Positions 52,575 to 64,000 of a stretch of DNA of 64,000 nucleotides are shown here, in pieces. The translations under genes were made by a program, and so were the position numbers. The notes under the pieces were generated by a model. It worked only from the letters and a program-made list of their open reading frames with translations. It searched no databases and had not been told where the DNA came from. Source of the DNA: Vicugna vicugna (Eukaryota); contig MU058285.1 of assembly GCA_013265495.1 (NCBI GenBank), positions 124,001-188,000 of the forward strand, in the 5' to 3' direction. Each line of letters begins with the position of its first letter. Within the stretch, counting starts at the first letter, position 1.

Positions 52575-55500
52575 ACATATTAACATATATCCATCCAAAA
52601 TAAGACCATGTAAGTATAAAAAAACAAATACTGACATAAAGGGAGAAATTGATGAGAACACAATAATAGTAGGAGACTTTAATACCCCACTAACATCATT
52701 AGACAGATCTTCCAGACAGAAAGTCAATAAGGCAACTGAAATACTAAATGATACAATAAAGCAGTTAGACTTAGTTGATATTTTTAAGATATTGCATCCC
52801 CAAAGAAACAGAATATACATTCTTTTCAAATGTGTATGAAACATTCTCTAGGATAAACAACATACTCAGGTACAAATAAAGACTCAACAAATTTAAGAGG
52901 ATAGAAATTATTTGAAGCATCTTTTCTGACCACATAGCATGACACTAGAAATCAACCATGGGAGAGGGGGGAAATGACAGCTTGAAGATTAAAAAGCATG
53001 TTACTAAAAAACCAATTGGTCAACAATGGAATCAAAGAAGAAATTGAAAAATGCTTTGTGACAAATGATAGAGAAAACACAACCCAACAAAATCTATGGG
53101 ATGCAGCAAAAGCAGTCCTAAAAGGGAACTTCATAGTGACACAGGCCTTTCTCAAAAAACAAGAACAATCCCAAATAAACAACTGAACCTACCACCTAAA
53201 AGAATTGGGAAAAGAAAAACAAAACCTAAAGTCAGCAGAAGGAAAGAAATAAAAATATCAATGAGCAAATGAATAAAATAGGGATTAAAAATAATAGAAA
53301 AAAATCAATCAAACCAATAGCTGATCTATTGAGTGAACAAAATTGACACAGCTCTGACCAGGCTTACCAAGAAGAAAAGAGAGAGCATACAAGTAAACAA
53401 AATAAGAAATGATAATGGACAAATTACAGCCAACACCACAGAAATATTTTTAAAAAGTAAGAGAACACTATGAACATGTCAATATGTGCTGAATATATGT
53501 CAACACATTGGACAATGTAGAAGAAATGGACAAGTTTCTAGAAATGTACAATCCACCAAAACTAAATTAAGAAGAAATAGATAACCTGAATCGAGTAATC
53601 ACTAAAGGTGAAATAAAATCAGCAATAAAAACATCCTTGCAAGCAAAAGTCCAGGACCAGATGGTTTCACTGGGGAATTCTACCTACCATACAAAGAACT
53701 CGTATTGATCCTTCTCAAACTCTTCCAAAAAATTGAAGAGGATGGAACACTTTCAAACTTACTCTATGAAGCCACCGTCACCTGATGCCAAGGCTAGACA
53801 AAGACACTACCAAAAAAGATTTTCGGGCCAATATCACTAATGAACATAGATTCAAAAATCCTCAAAAAAATATTAGCAAACAGAATTCAAAAACCCATGG
53901 AAAAGATTATACACTATGAAAAAGTTGGATTCATCCCAGGGACACAAAAATGGTTTAATAAATGCAAATCAATCAATGTGATACACTACAATAAACAAAA
54001 GAAAAGACAATACCGCATCATCTCAATAGATGCAGAAAAAGCATTTGATAAAATTCAACACCCATCTGTGATAAAAAAAAACTCTTACCAAAATGGATAT
54101 AGAGGGAATATACCTCAACACAATGAAAGCTATTTATGACAAACCCACAGCCAACATAATGCTCAGCAGTAAAAAGTTGAAAGCTTTCCTATTAAAATCT
54201 GGAACAAGACAAGGAAGCCCACTCTTATCACTCCTGTTGAACATAATATTGGAAATCCTAGCCATAACAATCAGATAACAAAAAGAAAGAAACGGGATCC
54301 ACAATGGAAGAGAAGAGGTAAAATTGTCCCCATATGCGGATCACATAATTCAATGTATAGAAAACCATAAAGACTCCACTCAAAAACTACTAGAGCTGAT
54401 AAAAAAAATTCAGCAAGTTAGTAGGATACAAGATTAACATACAGAAATTAGTTGCATTTCTTTACACTAACAATGAGATATCAGGAAAGAAAAGTCAATA
54501 AACAATCCCTTTTAAAATTGCATCCAAAAAATAAAATACTTAGGAATAAATCTGATGAAGAAGGTGAAAGACTTATATGTGGAGAACTACAAAACATGGA
54601 TTAAGGAAATTAAAGATGACTTAAAGAAATGGAAAGATATTCCATGCTCTAGGATTGGAAGAATTAATATTGTTAAAATGGCCATTGTACCCAAAGCAAT
54701 CTACAGATTTAATGTGATCCCTATCAAATTACTCAGGACCTTTTCATAGAACTAGAACAAATAATCCTAAATTTTATATGGAATCACAAAAGACCCAGAA
54801 TTGCCAAAGCATTACTGAAGAAAAAGAACAAAGCTAGAGGAATAGCCCTCCCATTCTTCAAACAATACTACGGAGCTACAGTAATCAAAATAGCATGATA
54901 TTGGCACAAAAACAGACATATGGCTCATTAGAACAGAACAGTGAGCCCAGAAATATATCCACACTCTCATGGTCAATTAGTCCTCAACAAAGGAGGCAAG
55001 AAAATACAGTGGACAAAAGATAGTTTCTTCAGCAAGTAGTGTTGCAAAAACTGGTCAGCCAGTGGTGTTGGGGAAACTAGATGAAATTAGAACTCCCTCA
55101 CACCTTACACAAAAATAAATTCAAAATGTCTTAAAGACTTAAACATAAAACAAGACACTATAAACCTCCTAGTGGAAAACATAGGGAAAACATTCTCTGG
55201 CATAAATCTTAGCAGTCTCCTAGGACAGTCTACTTAGGCAATAGAAATAAAAGTAAAAATAAACAAATGGGATCTAATTAAACTTATAAGCATTTTCACA
55301 GCAAAGGAAACCATAAACAAAACAAAAAGATAACCTACAGAATCGGAGAAAATATTTGTAAATGATGTGACTGACTAATTTTCAGAATACACAAACAGTT
55401 TATACAACTTAAAAACAAAAAAAACAAACAAACCAATCCAAAAATGGGCAGAAGACCTAAGAAAGCAATTCTCCAATGAAGATACACAAATGGCCAACAG

Positions 55501-56417
55501 TCACATGAAAAAATGCTCAATATTGCTAATTATTAGAGAAATGCAAATCAAAACTACAATGAGATGTCACCTCATACTAGACAGAATGGCCATCATTCAA
55601 AAATCCACAGATGATAATTGCTGGAGAAGGTGTGGAGAAAAGGAAACCCTCCTACACTGCTGGTGGATATGTACTTTGGTGCAGCTGTTTCTGAAAACAG
55701 TATGAAGATTCGTTAAAAATCTAAAAAATAGATTTACCATATCATCCAGCAATCCTGTTCCTGGTCATATATTTGGAGGGAACTCTAATTTGAAGATCTA
55801 CATGCACCTCAATATTCACAACAGCACTATTGGCAACAGCCAAGACATGGAAATGATCTAAATATCCATTGACAGACGACTGGATAAAGAAGTTGTGGTA
55901 TATTTATACAATGGAATACTACTCAACCATAAAAAAGAATAAAATAATGCCATTTGCAGCAACTTAGATGGACCTGGAGATTGTCATTCTAAGTGAAGTA
56001 ATCCAGAAAGAGAAAGAAAAATACCAAATGATGTAATTTATATGTGGAATCTAAAAGCAAACAAACAAACAAAAAAGACATAAATGAACTTATTTACAAA
56101 ACTGAAACAGACTCACAGGCTAGAAAACAAACTTATGGTTACAAGGGTGGAAGGGAGGTGGGAAGGAAATTGGAAATTCAAGATTTACAGGTACTAACTG
56201 CTATATACAAAATAGATAAACAACAAGTTCATACTGTATAACACAGGGAACTACATTCAATATTGTAATAACCTATAATGAAAAAATTTTTTCAAATATG
56301 AGAAAAATATATGTATATGTATGTATGACTGAAACATTATGCAGTATACCAGAAATTGACACATCGTAAACTGACTATACTTCAACTAAAATAAAATAAA
56401 ATAAAATAAAATAAAAA
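52575..56417 (+). mobile_element. ~3.85 kb 5'-truncated L1 with degenerate ORF2 (part of EN, RT, Cys-rich domain), 3' UTR and (TAAAA)n tail
   Basis: Translated motifs: IVGDFNTPL (~52666), FSDH (~52922), [11 protein letters not shown] (~53650), [28 protein letters not shown] at the RT catalytic motif (~54334), CWRRCGEKETLLHCW. Many stops and frameshifts. Confidence 0.97.
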
Positions 56418-57095
56418 TACCTACATAGGAAAATGATAAACAATTGATAATTATAACTCTAAAATGATTTAGAACCAACATACAAACTTGCATTTCTGAT
56501 ACTATAATAAAATATAAATTCTGAAACTTTTATCCCCACAAAATCTGCAAAATATTAGAATATCTGTTTAAAATGGATAAGCAAGTTCAAAAGAAAGTTA
56601 GGAGAATCTTTAGAAGGCACTAATAAAGTGAGAATGCCAATATACAGTAATATTTAAAATATCCAAATCCAGAAGCTTGTCCTGGGGACATTTTCTGATT
56701 CCCATGGAGCTATAAGTCTCAATGGAACATGCAAGTGACATGATATAAGGATTTGAGAGTAGGGAGTCTAATTAGAGATTCTTTATATAAAGCCAGAGTC
56801 TCAATGGGTCTACCACCTGAGGAAAAGGAAAAAGCTAGGGGGACAATTTTCCAGTGGATAGAAATGACAAGAAAGTTTGTCTGACAAAGCCTGGAGTATC
56901 AGGTAAAGGGTGAGGGTGGGTGGAATATTCAGTAAAAAATTGTAGGCAGATGCCAGCCTTCATGTAAGATGTGGGTTGAAATATACATTACGTTCAACGT
57001 ACAAAAAACCCCACAAGCCTTTAACTGATAAATTTGTTTATGGTCCTCCAGGCACCATACATAGATACCTAACCAAAGAAAAAAAGTAATTCTCT

Positions 57096-57096
<1 letters not shown>

Positions 57097-57131
<35 letters not shown>

Positions 57132-57156
57132 ACAAAAAAAAAAAAAAAAAAAAAAA
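57097..57156 (+). repeat. Poly(A) tract A33-CCAC-A23
   Basis: Read directly from the sequence. Confidence 0.9.
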
Positions 57157-57989
57157 GAAGGAAGAAAGCCTCTTCAGATGAATGGATGGATTACAGATAC
57201 ATAAATATGAGGTCACACACACGAACAAATAAACAAAATGGAAAAAGTTACCAAGATGAATCACAAGCAGTGACATTAAAGAAATAAATAAGACTTTTTA
57301 AGACTTAAAATATTGAAATTGTTCTTTAAATGTAAAATCAGTTTGCTTGATATGCTTATAGAAATAAAGGAGGGGATTAAAAACATGACTAAGGAATAAA
57401 AAGCTATTATAAATGTTTAGACAAATGTAGAAAGTAATAAAACATAAGGAAATTTAATAATGTAAAATACAATAATTAAAAATGTAAAAGTACTCATTGG
57501 AAGAGATAAACAGCAGATTTAAAAATTAGAAAAATATTCTGAACAATTATTCAGAATTCATCAAGGAGAAACAGAAAAATTTGAAAGAAACTATAAGCGT
57601 AGAGTGAGAAGCTTTGACAAACATCTAATCAAATTTCCTAAATGAAGATAATAGAGAAAATTGTGGAAAGATTCAAAGATACAGTAGGTAAAGAGAGGGT
57701 AGAGCTGTGAAAGGAGTCTGAGAAGGAGTTCCGAAGAAACAGCAGGAAGCCAGGGAGAGTGTGTGCTAATTATAACTAACCATAACGCAAGCGCTCCTAA
57801 GTTCGTCTCTCAGTCATGTTCATTTGCCAGCTCTCTGAATTTCAAGCAATAATTTGGAGCAGAGATCAAAATATTAGTATATTTTCCCTAACATTTTATC
57901 CAAAATGTGTCTTTCATTTGATGGAGAGCACTGAAAATTCTATTTTATGAAAACTGAAGCATATTTATACAACGGAAAAGCTATTTGGG

Positions 57990-58475
57990 GAAAATTCACT
58001 CCCATACTTGGCAATAACTGCTTCTTTCCTCCTGTAACAATCGTCTTTCTCTTCTTTAATAATGGAACTTTCAGAATTTTAGATAGGTACGTGGTTTACC
58101 AGAAGATTCCATTTCCTATCTTCCTGTGTACCTTAGTGTAGCCATCTGGCTACGATTTGGCCAAGGGAGTAGAAGAAATGTGCGAGAGCTCCAAGATGTT
58201 TCTTTAAAAGATGGATGCGATATGTGCTTTATTTTACTTTTCTCCTGGAGAGAGGACATGATGGTAGAGAAAGGAGTCATCTTGTACCACAGACGGGAAC
58301 CTTACTTTGAATGAGACAGGAACAAGACAGAAGAAATATTTTGGGGCACCACTAAGTCGCTAACAAAACCTTGGTTTAACTAGATTTCAGTTAAGGATGA
58401 ATAAACTTCTATCTACTTTAAGTCAGTGTAGTTTCGTCTCTCTTTGCTACATTGCAGGTTAGCCTGTATTCGATG
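57990..58475 (+). mobile_element. MLT1 (MaLR) LTR
   Basis: 'catttcctatcttcctgtgtaccttagtgtagccatctggctacgatttggccaaggg...gtcatcttgtaccac...gaataaacttctatctactttaagtcagtgta'. Confidence 0.7.
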
Positions 58476-58759
58476 CCCATATCATTCTATCCAGTGAACT
58501 GTTTTGCCCACTTCTGTTACCAAGAGAATTGCTACATACTTCCAATGATCCTCAAGATATTTAAAAATTGGGAAAAAAAAGGGATCGTCTTGAAAAGCTT
58601 CCACCAACAAGCTCATCCCCTTTCTAGAACCTCAAAAATGACTTTTAATTTAAGTTCCCATAAAATTTTATATAGCCATAGCATTAACCACAGTTTATTG
58701 TTGTTAATGGACCATCATTCCCTTTTTAAATATATTCTGCCCAAGGAAAGGAACTTTTA

Positions 58760-59030
58760 AAAATTCTTTATTGAGATATAAATGATCTACAATATTTTAT
58801 CAGCTTCAGGTGTACAACACAGTGATTCAAACTTTTTTATAGTTTATACTCCATTTAAAGTTACTACAAAATATTGGCTATATTCCCTGTGTTCTATAAT
58901 TTATCCCTGTGGCTTATGTATTTTATACAGAGTAGTTTGTACTCCTTGATCCCTTACCCCTGTGATGTCCCTCCCCATTCTGTTTCCCAATTGGTAACCA
59001 CTAGTTTGTTGTCTCTATCTGTGAGTCTTT
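58760..59030 (-). mobile_element. L1 3' UTR fragment
   Basis: 'tttattgagatataaatgatctacaatattttatcagcttcaggtgtacaacacagtgattc...ggtaaccactagtttgttgtctctatctgtgagtct'. Confidence 0.85.
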
Positions 59031-60504
59031 TTCATCAGTTGATAATATTAATTATTATAATTTTATAACTATTATGTTTAAATATCAAATATTATAATTT
59101 TAAAAATAAACATTTATCTGTTTATTTAAAAATCAGTAAATATCAGAAAGCAGAGAAAGTTCATTTTAGACTCCAGCAAGGTAGTATCTGCATAAGGTCT
59201 GACCTTAGAGTTTATTCTGGGTAATGAGGGTGAAAAGACATCAGTGAAGTGAAGAACAATGAACACTGAGAGAATCGATGGATTCAAAGTCCCAGTAGGG
59301 CAGCTGGGTTGTTGGCATTCGGGTTCTAGAAGAAATAAGCTTGAAAGATCAAAGGTGCCAGTTAGTAATTGGGATACATGGTTAAAATTATCCAAGAGCT
59401 CAGTTGTCAGTAATGACAAGGTTTAGGGAACTGCCATGGCAGGGAATAAGTAAGGAAGTATGGAAGACAGGAGTATTGGAGGAGAGAAAGGGTGCTAGAA
59501 GGACTATCCACTTATGTAATGAAAACAAGAGTAGTATCAGAAAGAAAGAGTGAGCAAGAAATTCAGATCACAAAGAAAAGAGATAGCTACCTGAAGGTAA
59601 ATGGCAGTAGCAGAGTATTAACCTGAGGACATGGGATTCAGATATAGGAAGTTTTAGGAAAGTTGGGGGCAGGATAGAGACAGGACGACAAAGACACTCA
59701 GCCAATATTTAAATCTGGTGGCACAAGAGTTATCAGGGAAAAACAAACAAACAAAAACAAGTCACAATTTGAGACTTACAGCAGTGCGTGGCCTTGCAGT
59801 AGACCTTTCTCTGCTCCAAACTCTGATGTTTCCATTTGTTTGGTCACTGTGCATCAGGCACACAAACTTTTCTTTGGTAAATCTTTTCCAGACTTGATAT
59901 ATCTACCAAATAGAATTTTTGACAGCATAATTTGTGCTTTAGGAGTCTATTGTGTTATTAAAATGACTTATTTTAAGTTCATAGACTATAATATTTTTAC
60001 ACATAATTAAATGTTTGACACAATAAATAATTTACAGCCAAGTAGCAGAAGTTTTACCAAATGGATTCAGAAAATATTATATTTTGGGTCAATAAAATAT
60101 TCTATGATAATATAAAAAAGGAATATAGTGTTGTCTCATTCCTTGGATTAAATACGTGGCACATTATTTCCAAATGTTATAGGAAAATAGTCATCTTTGG
60201 TTTCCACTTCCAGACGGTGAAATGACAGCCAATTCTGTTGAGAAAGGAAAAGCATATTCTAAATGTAATGTTTTTCCAGTCCATGGCATCCAGAAAGATA
60301 TTTTTTCATTTGTACCATTTAAATGTCTTAGCCTTTACTACCTTAAGAATTTCATTATATATGAAAATCATATGTTTTAGTCATTGAAATAGGTATTTTA
60401 AACAATTGAAATATTTTTGAAAAATTGATGTTGATTTTTATCATATTCTTTTACTTCCTAAAAACTTTGACTTACGTAAGAGTTTAGCTTTTCTTGAATC
60501 TCTG

Positions 60505-61050
60505 CGTTAGGCAGTTAGATGAGTGGGGGCACCAGGCAGATAAGATGGAGTAGAGGGAGGATGGTTCCGAAGATGGTGATATGCTTGCCTTCAGCCAAAA
60601 GGGGCTTTACTCCCTTTAAATGAGCACCAGCAAGAAACCGGTTGGGATTAGACAGCCACAACTGAATTGTAAGGACAAGGACCTAACCGGACATGACCCA
60701 GTGCTCATTGTAATATAATTAGCATTGTGGTTTAGTCCCTCGCCCCCATGAGTTTTTCTGTGTGCATCATGGGTAAGGACATGCACAGAGAGGATCAGAC
60801 ATGACTAAGCTCTCCAGGGGGCAAGAGCTGTCAATCAATCAAGAGACCACCTCTAAGTTAGTGTATGAGGCAGAGGTGCCAAGAAAAACTGGGGCTGCCG
60901 TCCTCTCTTGGATCAGCTCAGCTTCTGCTCCTGGAGGTGTACTTTCACTTTGCTAATAAAATCTTTAGCTACACAATGCTTCTGTCTCCCATCTGAATTC
61001 TTTTCTTTTGGGTGAGACAAGAACCAAGGCCTCCCCCTTTTCGGGTAACA
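60505..61050 (+). mobile_element. Solo LTR, ERV1-like family X, copy 3
   Basis: CGTTAG...GTAACA termini. 4-bp TSD TCTG at 60501-60504 and 61051-61054. AATAAA at ~60955. Confidence 0.92.
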
Positions 61051-61833
61051 TCTGTGCTAATGAATTCTTTTCATTTATTTTGGAATTATCACATTTCTAA
61101 CACAGCTCATTATAGATTTTTTATGTGAACATTCTTACATAATTATTATAGAAAAATATATAATACAGAAAATTAAAAAAGACTGAGAAAGCACTCCTGT
61201 GCCTAATACCAGTATAACTTTGCTAATATTGTAGCAAAATTTCATTCTGAATTGTAATTTCTTTTAAAAATTTTTTTAAATTTCTTGAAGAGTATTCTGA
61301 TGGGTTGTGAATTATATTCTATCAATATGAAAATATTATTTTACTATTATTTCCCAGTTAAAACGTATAAAACCAGGTGTGCCATGTAGCAGTTAATAAA
61401 AGGAAAGAGCTGTTTACTTAGCAAAGTTGTTGAAACCAAGTCTGTCGATGAGCCTTACAGTGTGTTTCTCAGTAATAGAAGCCTAAGAAAATCTGGGCTC
61501 CCACACAACTTGGTTTAAATGTCAGTAAAACTTTTGTCATATGGTGGTGTGGCAAGTTCTTTATTTGAGGACAAGACTGTATTCTCTCTCTCTTTTTTTA
61601 ACAGCTCAGTGATTTAATTCAACTTACAATTATTAAGTGTTTGCTATGTGACAATCATTCTGCAGTGTGAGGAAAAATTAAACAGGCTTCTGTAACATCT
61701 CTAACCAACTGTGCCCCACAATTTTCAATGTTTATTTCAGCATGATGCATTCAATTTGGCTGTTGAATTGAAAACTGCAAAATTTGGTTAATTTACTTAT
61801 ACATCAATGATTTTAAGTAATTCAATGTATAGT

Positions 61834-62170
61834 TGAAACTGAGCAGGACCCTGTGGGACCCTGCTGGCTACAAATTCTTTCCAAGTTCCCCTGTCTCTCG
61901 TTAGTAAGAAATAGGCTCACTCAGCCTCCCAGACCTCACCTGAGTTCCAGAGGGCAAATTCAAACCTTTGTTTCTTCCGGAAGGGAAGGAATGCAGAAAC
62001 AAAGGAGGAGCAATCAAGAAACAATAGTACAGAAACAAAGCAGGGACCTGGTTCCTCCTCCTGCATTTCAAAGAATATACATAACAGTACCTTTGATTCT
62101 TCTTCAGGAACTAACACCCCACCCCTCCAGGTGAAATGGTAACTTCTTGCTGAGCACAAGATACCTTCCG
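61834..62170 (+). mobile_element. Partial LTR (U3-like) of a different ERV family
   Basis: Starts 'tgaaactgagcaggaccctgtgggacc' and has LTR-type 'aaggaatgcagaaacaaaggaggagcaatcaagaaacaatag'. No R/U5 seen before the env-like sequence. Confidence 0.65.
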
Positions 62171-62311
62171 TCACCGAATATTCCGCCAAATGCCAGCCAA
62201 ATCACAAACCTGAGGTCTTTTGTTCAGAAAGTTGTGCCACATAAATGTGCCATTTGAGAAGTCGTAGAGAATCCACTCGTGTAACACAGCTCCAAGTTTC
62301 AGAGTACTGAG

Positions 62312-62840
62312 AGTCTTATCTCAAGCTTTGGAGACTAAGAATTGGAAAGAGCGATCTTAAACCTCTCCACGGTAATAGAACAAGAGTTCAATACCACTAT
62401 GCAAACTTTGAAAAGCCTCCTGTCAGAAGTTAACAGCTTAGACTCCGGGGTGCTTCAAAATCATTGTGTCTTAGATACAATGTCCAGCAAAGGGGACCTT
62501 TGCAGTCAGTAATGGAAAGTGCTGCTTTAACGTGGATGAAATGGGGCAAGTAGTATCTCACCATCTATTAAAAGAGAAAGTTAACATGTTCCATCAGATA
62601 AACGGAGCTCATGTGTTTGATTGTACTGAACGATGCTCAGGATTGGGGAACTGGTTGAATGGGGTGTGGGGAAAATGTGCTCTGATTGTTCTTTTCTGTG
62701 TGTTCACCCTCCTTCAAATCTGTGCTCTTTCCTCCCCTTGCATATGTCTTACCACTCAGTTACTAACTTGATTTCTCTCTCCACAGTCACCAGCTCAGCT
62801 TTTTGTATGTGAAATTTCCAGGGAAACTTCAGAGCAGGGA
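62312..62840 (+). pseudogene. Degenerate gamma-type retroviral env TM subunit (MER34-group / HEMO-like)
   Basis: Frame 2 reads SLISSFGD*ELERAILNLSTVIEQEFNTTMQTLKSLLSEVNSLDSGVLQNHCVLD (heptad repeat plus ISD). After a frameshift, frame 3 reads GTFAVSNGKCCFNV (CX6CC spacing with C->F), then WLNGVWGKCALIVLFCVFTLLQIC (TM helix) and LSPQSPAQLFVCE. Confidence 0.88.
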
Positions 62841-63278
62841 ACTGATGGGGCGCGGGGCAGGCCACCTCAAGATGCGTCACTCTGGAATGTGAATTATTTT
62901 GAATTTAAAACAAGTAAAGCCCAAAAGATTTAGGATGAGCCTTTGAACATCATCCTGACTGCCTGAAAGAATTCAAGATAGAAGGCCTGTTCCAGGAAGG
63001 AGCTATCACCACAGATAGTAAAATATGAATTAAGTGTGTAGAACCTAGCAAGGCCCATCTGATCAAAGGTCTCTCTGGGTCCCATTGCCTCCAGATGGCC
63101 CACCAAACATTTGTTTCCCGATCATTAGCTGTTCTTCATCTTCCTGTGAATTACTTGACTTCCTCTTGAAGTCCCAGTTCCCTACCTCCTTTTCCTAAGT
63201 CTAGAATGATGTATATCCCCTCACCTTGTCTTACCGTTTTCAGAACTCTTCATGCTTTTGTGAATTCCTCATACATAC

Positions 63279-63395
63279 TGTCCATGAAAATTAATTAATA
63301 GTCAGTCTATATGGGGGAGGGTATAGCTCAGTGACAGAGTGCATGCTTAGAATTCACGAGGTCCTGGGTTCAATCCCCAGTGCTTCTGTTAAAAA

Positions 63396-63427
<32 letters not shown>

Positions 63428-63921
63428 CAAACAAACAAATAAATAAATAAATAAATAAATAAATAAACAAACCAAATTACCTCCTCCACCCATATAAAAT
63501 AAATAAATAAAAATGATCAGTCTATGAAAGAAGTGGAAAGTTTTATTCTAGCCAAATTTAAGGATGATAGCATGGGAAAGTTCTGAGATGCTGTTCCACC
63601 AATCAGAAGTCAAGGCACTGTTACATAAGTTTGAGACAGAGAGCTGTACATTAAATGATGTATTCTCGACAGTCTACATGCCATTGTGGCCCCTTACAAG
63701 ATCAAGAAGGAATGTTATCTTTAAAGTGTTGTCTTGTTGATGCTGGGAGAATGCTGCTCTTTATGGTTGAGCAGGTCTTTCTGCCAACAGGGGAGTTTTG
63801 GTCAGTGCGTAAAAGCAGATACACAATGCACAGCGGTGGGGAGAGAGGAGGCCAAAGGGTAGAGGACATTTTTACATTTAACTTTTTTCATGTCTTGCCA
63901 TAAAATACGAATTTTATTTCA
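63279..63921 (-). mobile_element. Second LTR nested antisense inside the MER34-like LTR
   Basis: TG...CA-bounded insert with a minus-strand AATAAA ('ttttattc' at ~63541). The host LTR continues on both sides. TSD unresolved. Confidence 0.65.
63313..63511 (+). mobile_element. tRNA-Ala-derived SINE (vic-1 type) with a compound (AAGT)n(AAAC)n(AAAT)n tract
   Basis: A and B boxes present. TSD core tcagtctat on both sides (63302-63310 and 63517-63525). Confidence 0.93.
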
Positions 63922-64000
63922 TGATATGTAAAATTTGATTTTCTCCTGCTAATCTGCCTTATGTCATTTTAATTGCCAGCCAAAAATACTAAGAGAGGAA

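Larger units (their letters stand above)
62843..64000 (+). mobile_element. MER34-like 3' LTR, interrupted, running off the window end
   Basis: Follows a purine-rich tract 'agagcagggaac'. Starts 'tgatggggcgcggggcaggccacctcaagatgcgtcactctggaatgtgaattattttgaa'. A U5-like 'aaatttgattttctcctgctaatctgccttatgtc' resumes at ~63930. Confidence 0.75.

Noticed and set aside
51040..61050. Full provirus bounded by LTR copies 2 and 3 (~10 kb apart, same strand)
   Set aside because: The interior is L1, MLT1 and unique DNA with no gag/pol or PBS. Copy 3 has its own TSD and the two LTRs are clearly diverged.
62532..62771. Functional captured env (syncytin-like gene)
   Set aside because: Upstream stop and frameshift, mutated CX6CC, and no SU or signal peptide seen.
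1..64000. CRISPR array, operon or other prokaryotic/phage system
   Set aside because: No repeat-spacer arrays or dense long ORFs. The dispersed repeats I found are mammalian transposons or microsatellites.

Overview
This is AT-rich, CpG-depleted mammalian genomic DNA that looks intronic or intergenic. It is not prokaryotic, and I found no operons, CRISPR arrays, rRNA or genuine tRNA genes. Four tRNA-Ala-derived SINEs of the camelid vic-1 type suggest a camelid genome (inference). I could not identify any host protein-coding gene; the ORF track is chance ORFs plus LINE-1 ORF2 and retroviral env fragments. A large share of the window is transposon-derived: ancient L2, MIR, MLT1, MER20, MER21 and MER58 relics, about ten L1 pieces (including a ~3.85 kb degenerate ORF2 copy and two near-identical young copies, one with a twin-priming inversion), and several LTRs. 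The best leads are: (1) a degenerate env TM + PPT + 3' LTR from a MER34-group provirus resembling HEMO/ERVMER34-1, with nested insertions (62.3-64 kb); (2) a three-copy solo-LTR family in which two TSD-bounded copies start with CG instead of TG; (3) a candidate 23-nt microexon / recursive-splice site at 12.35 kb; (4) an ISRE followed by a candidate exon with tandem donors at 16.2-16.4 kb; (5) three perfect 8-bp hairpins clustered at 19.7-19.9 kb. Repeat family names come from recalled consensus sequences, not a database search. I cannot support a wholly new biological system from this sequence alone.
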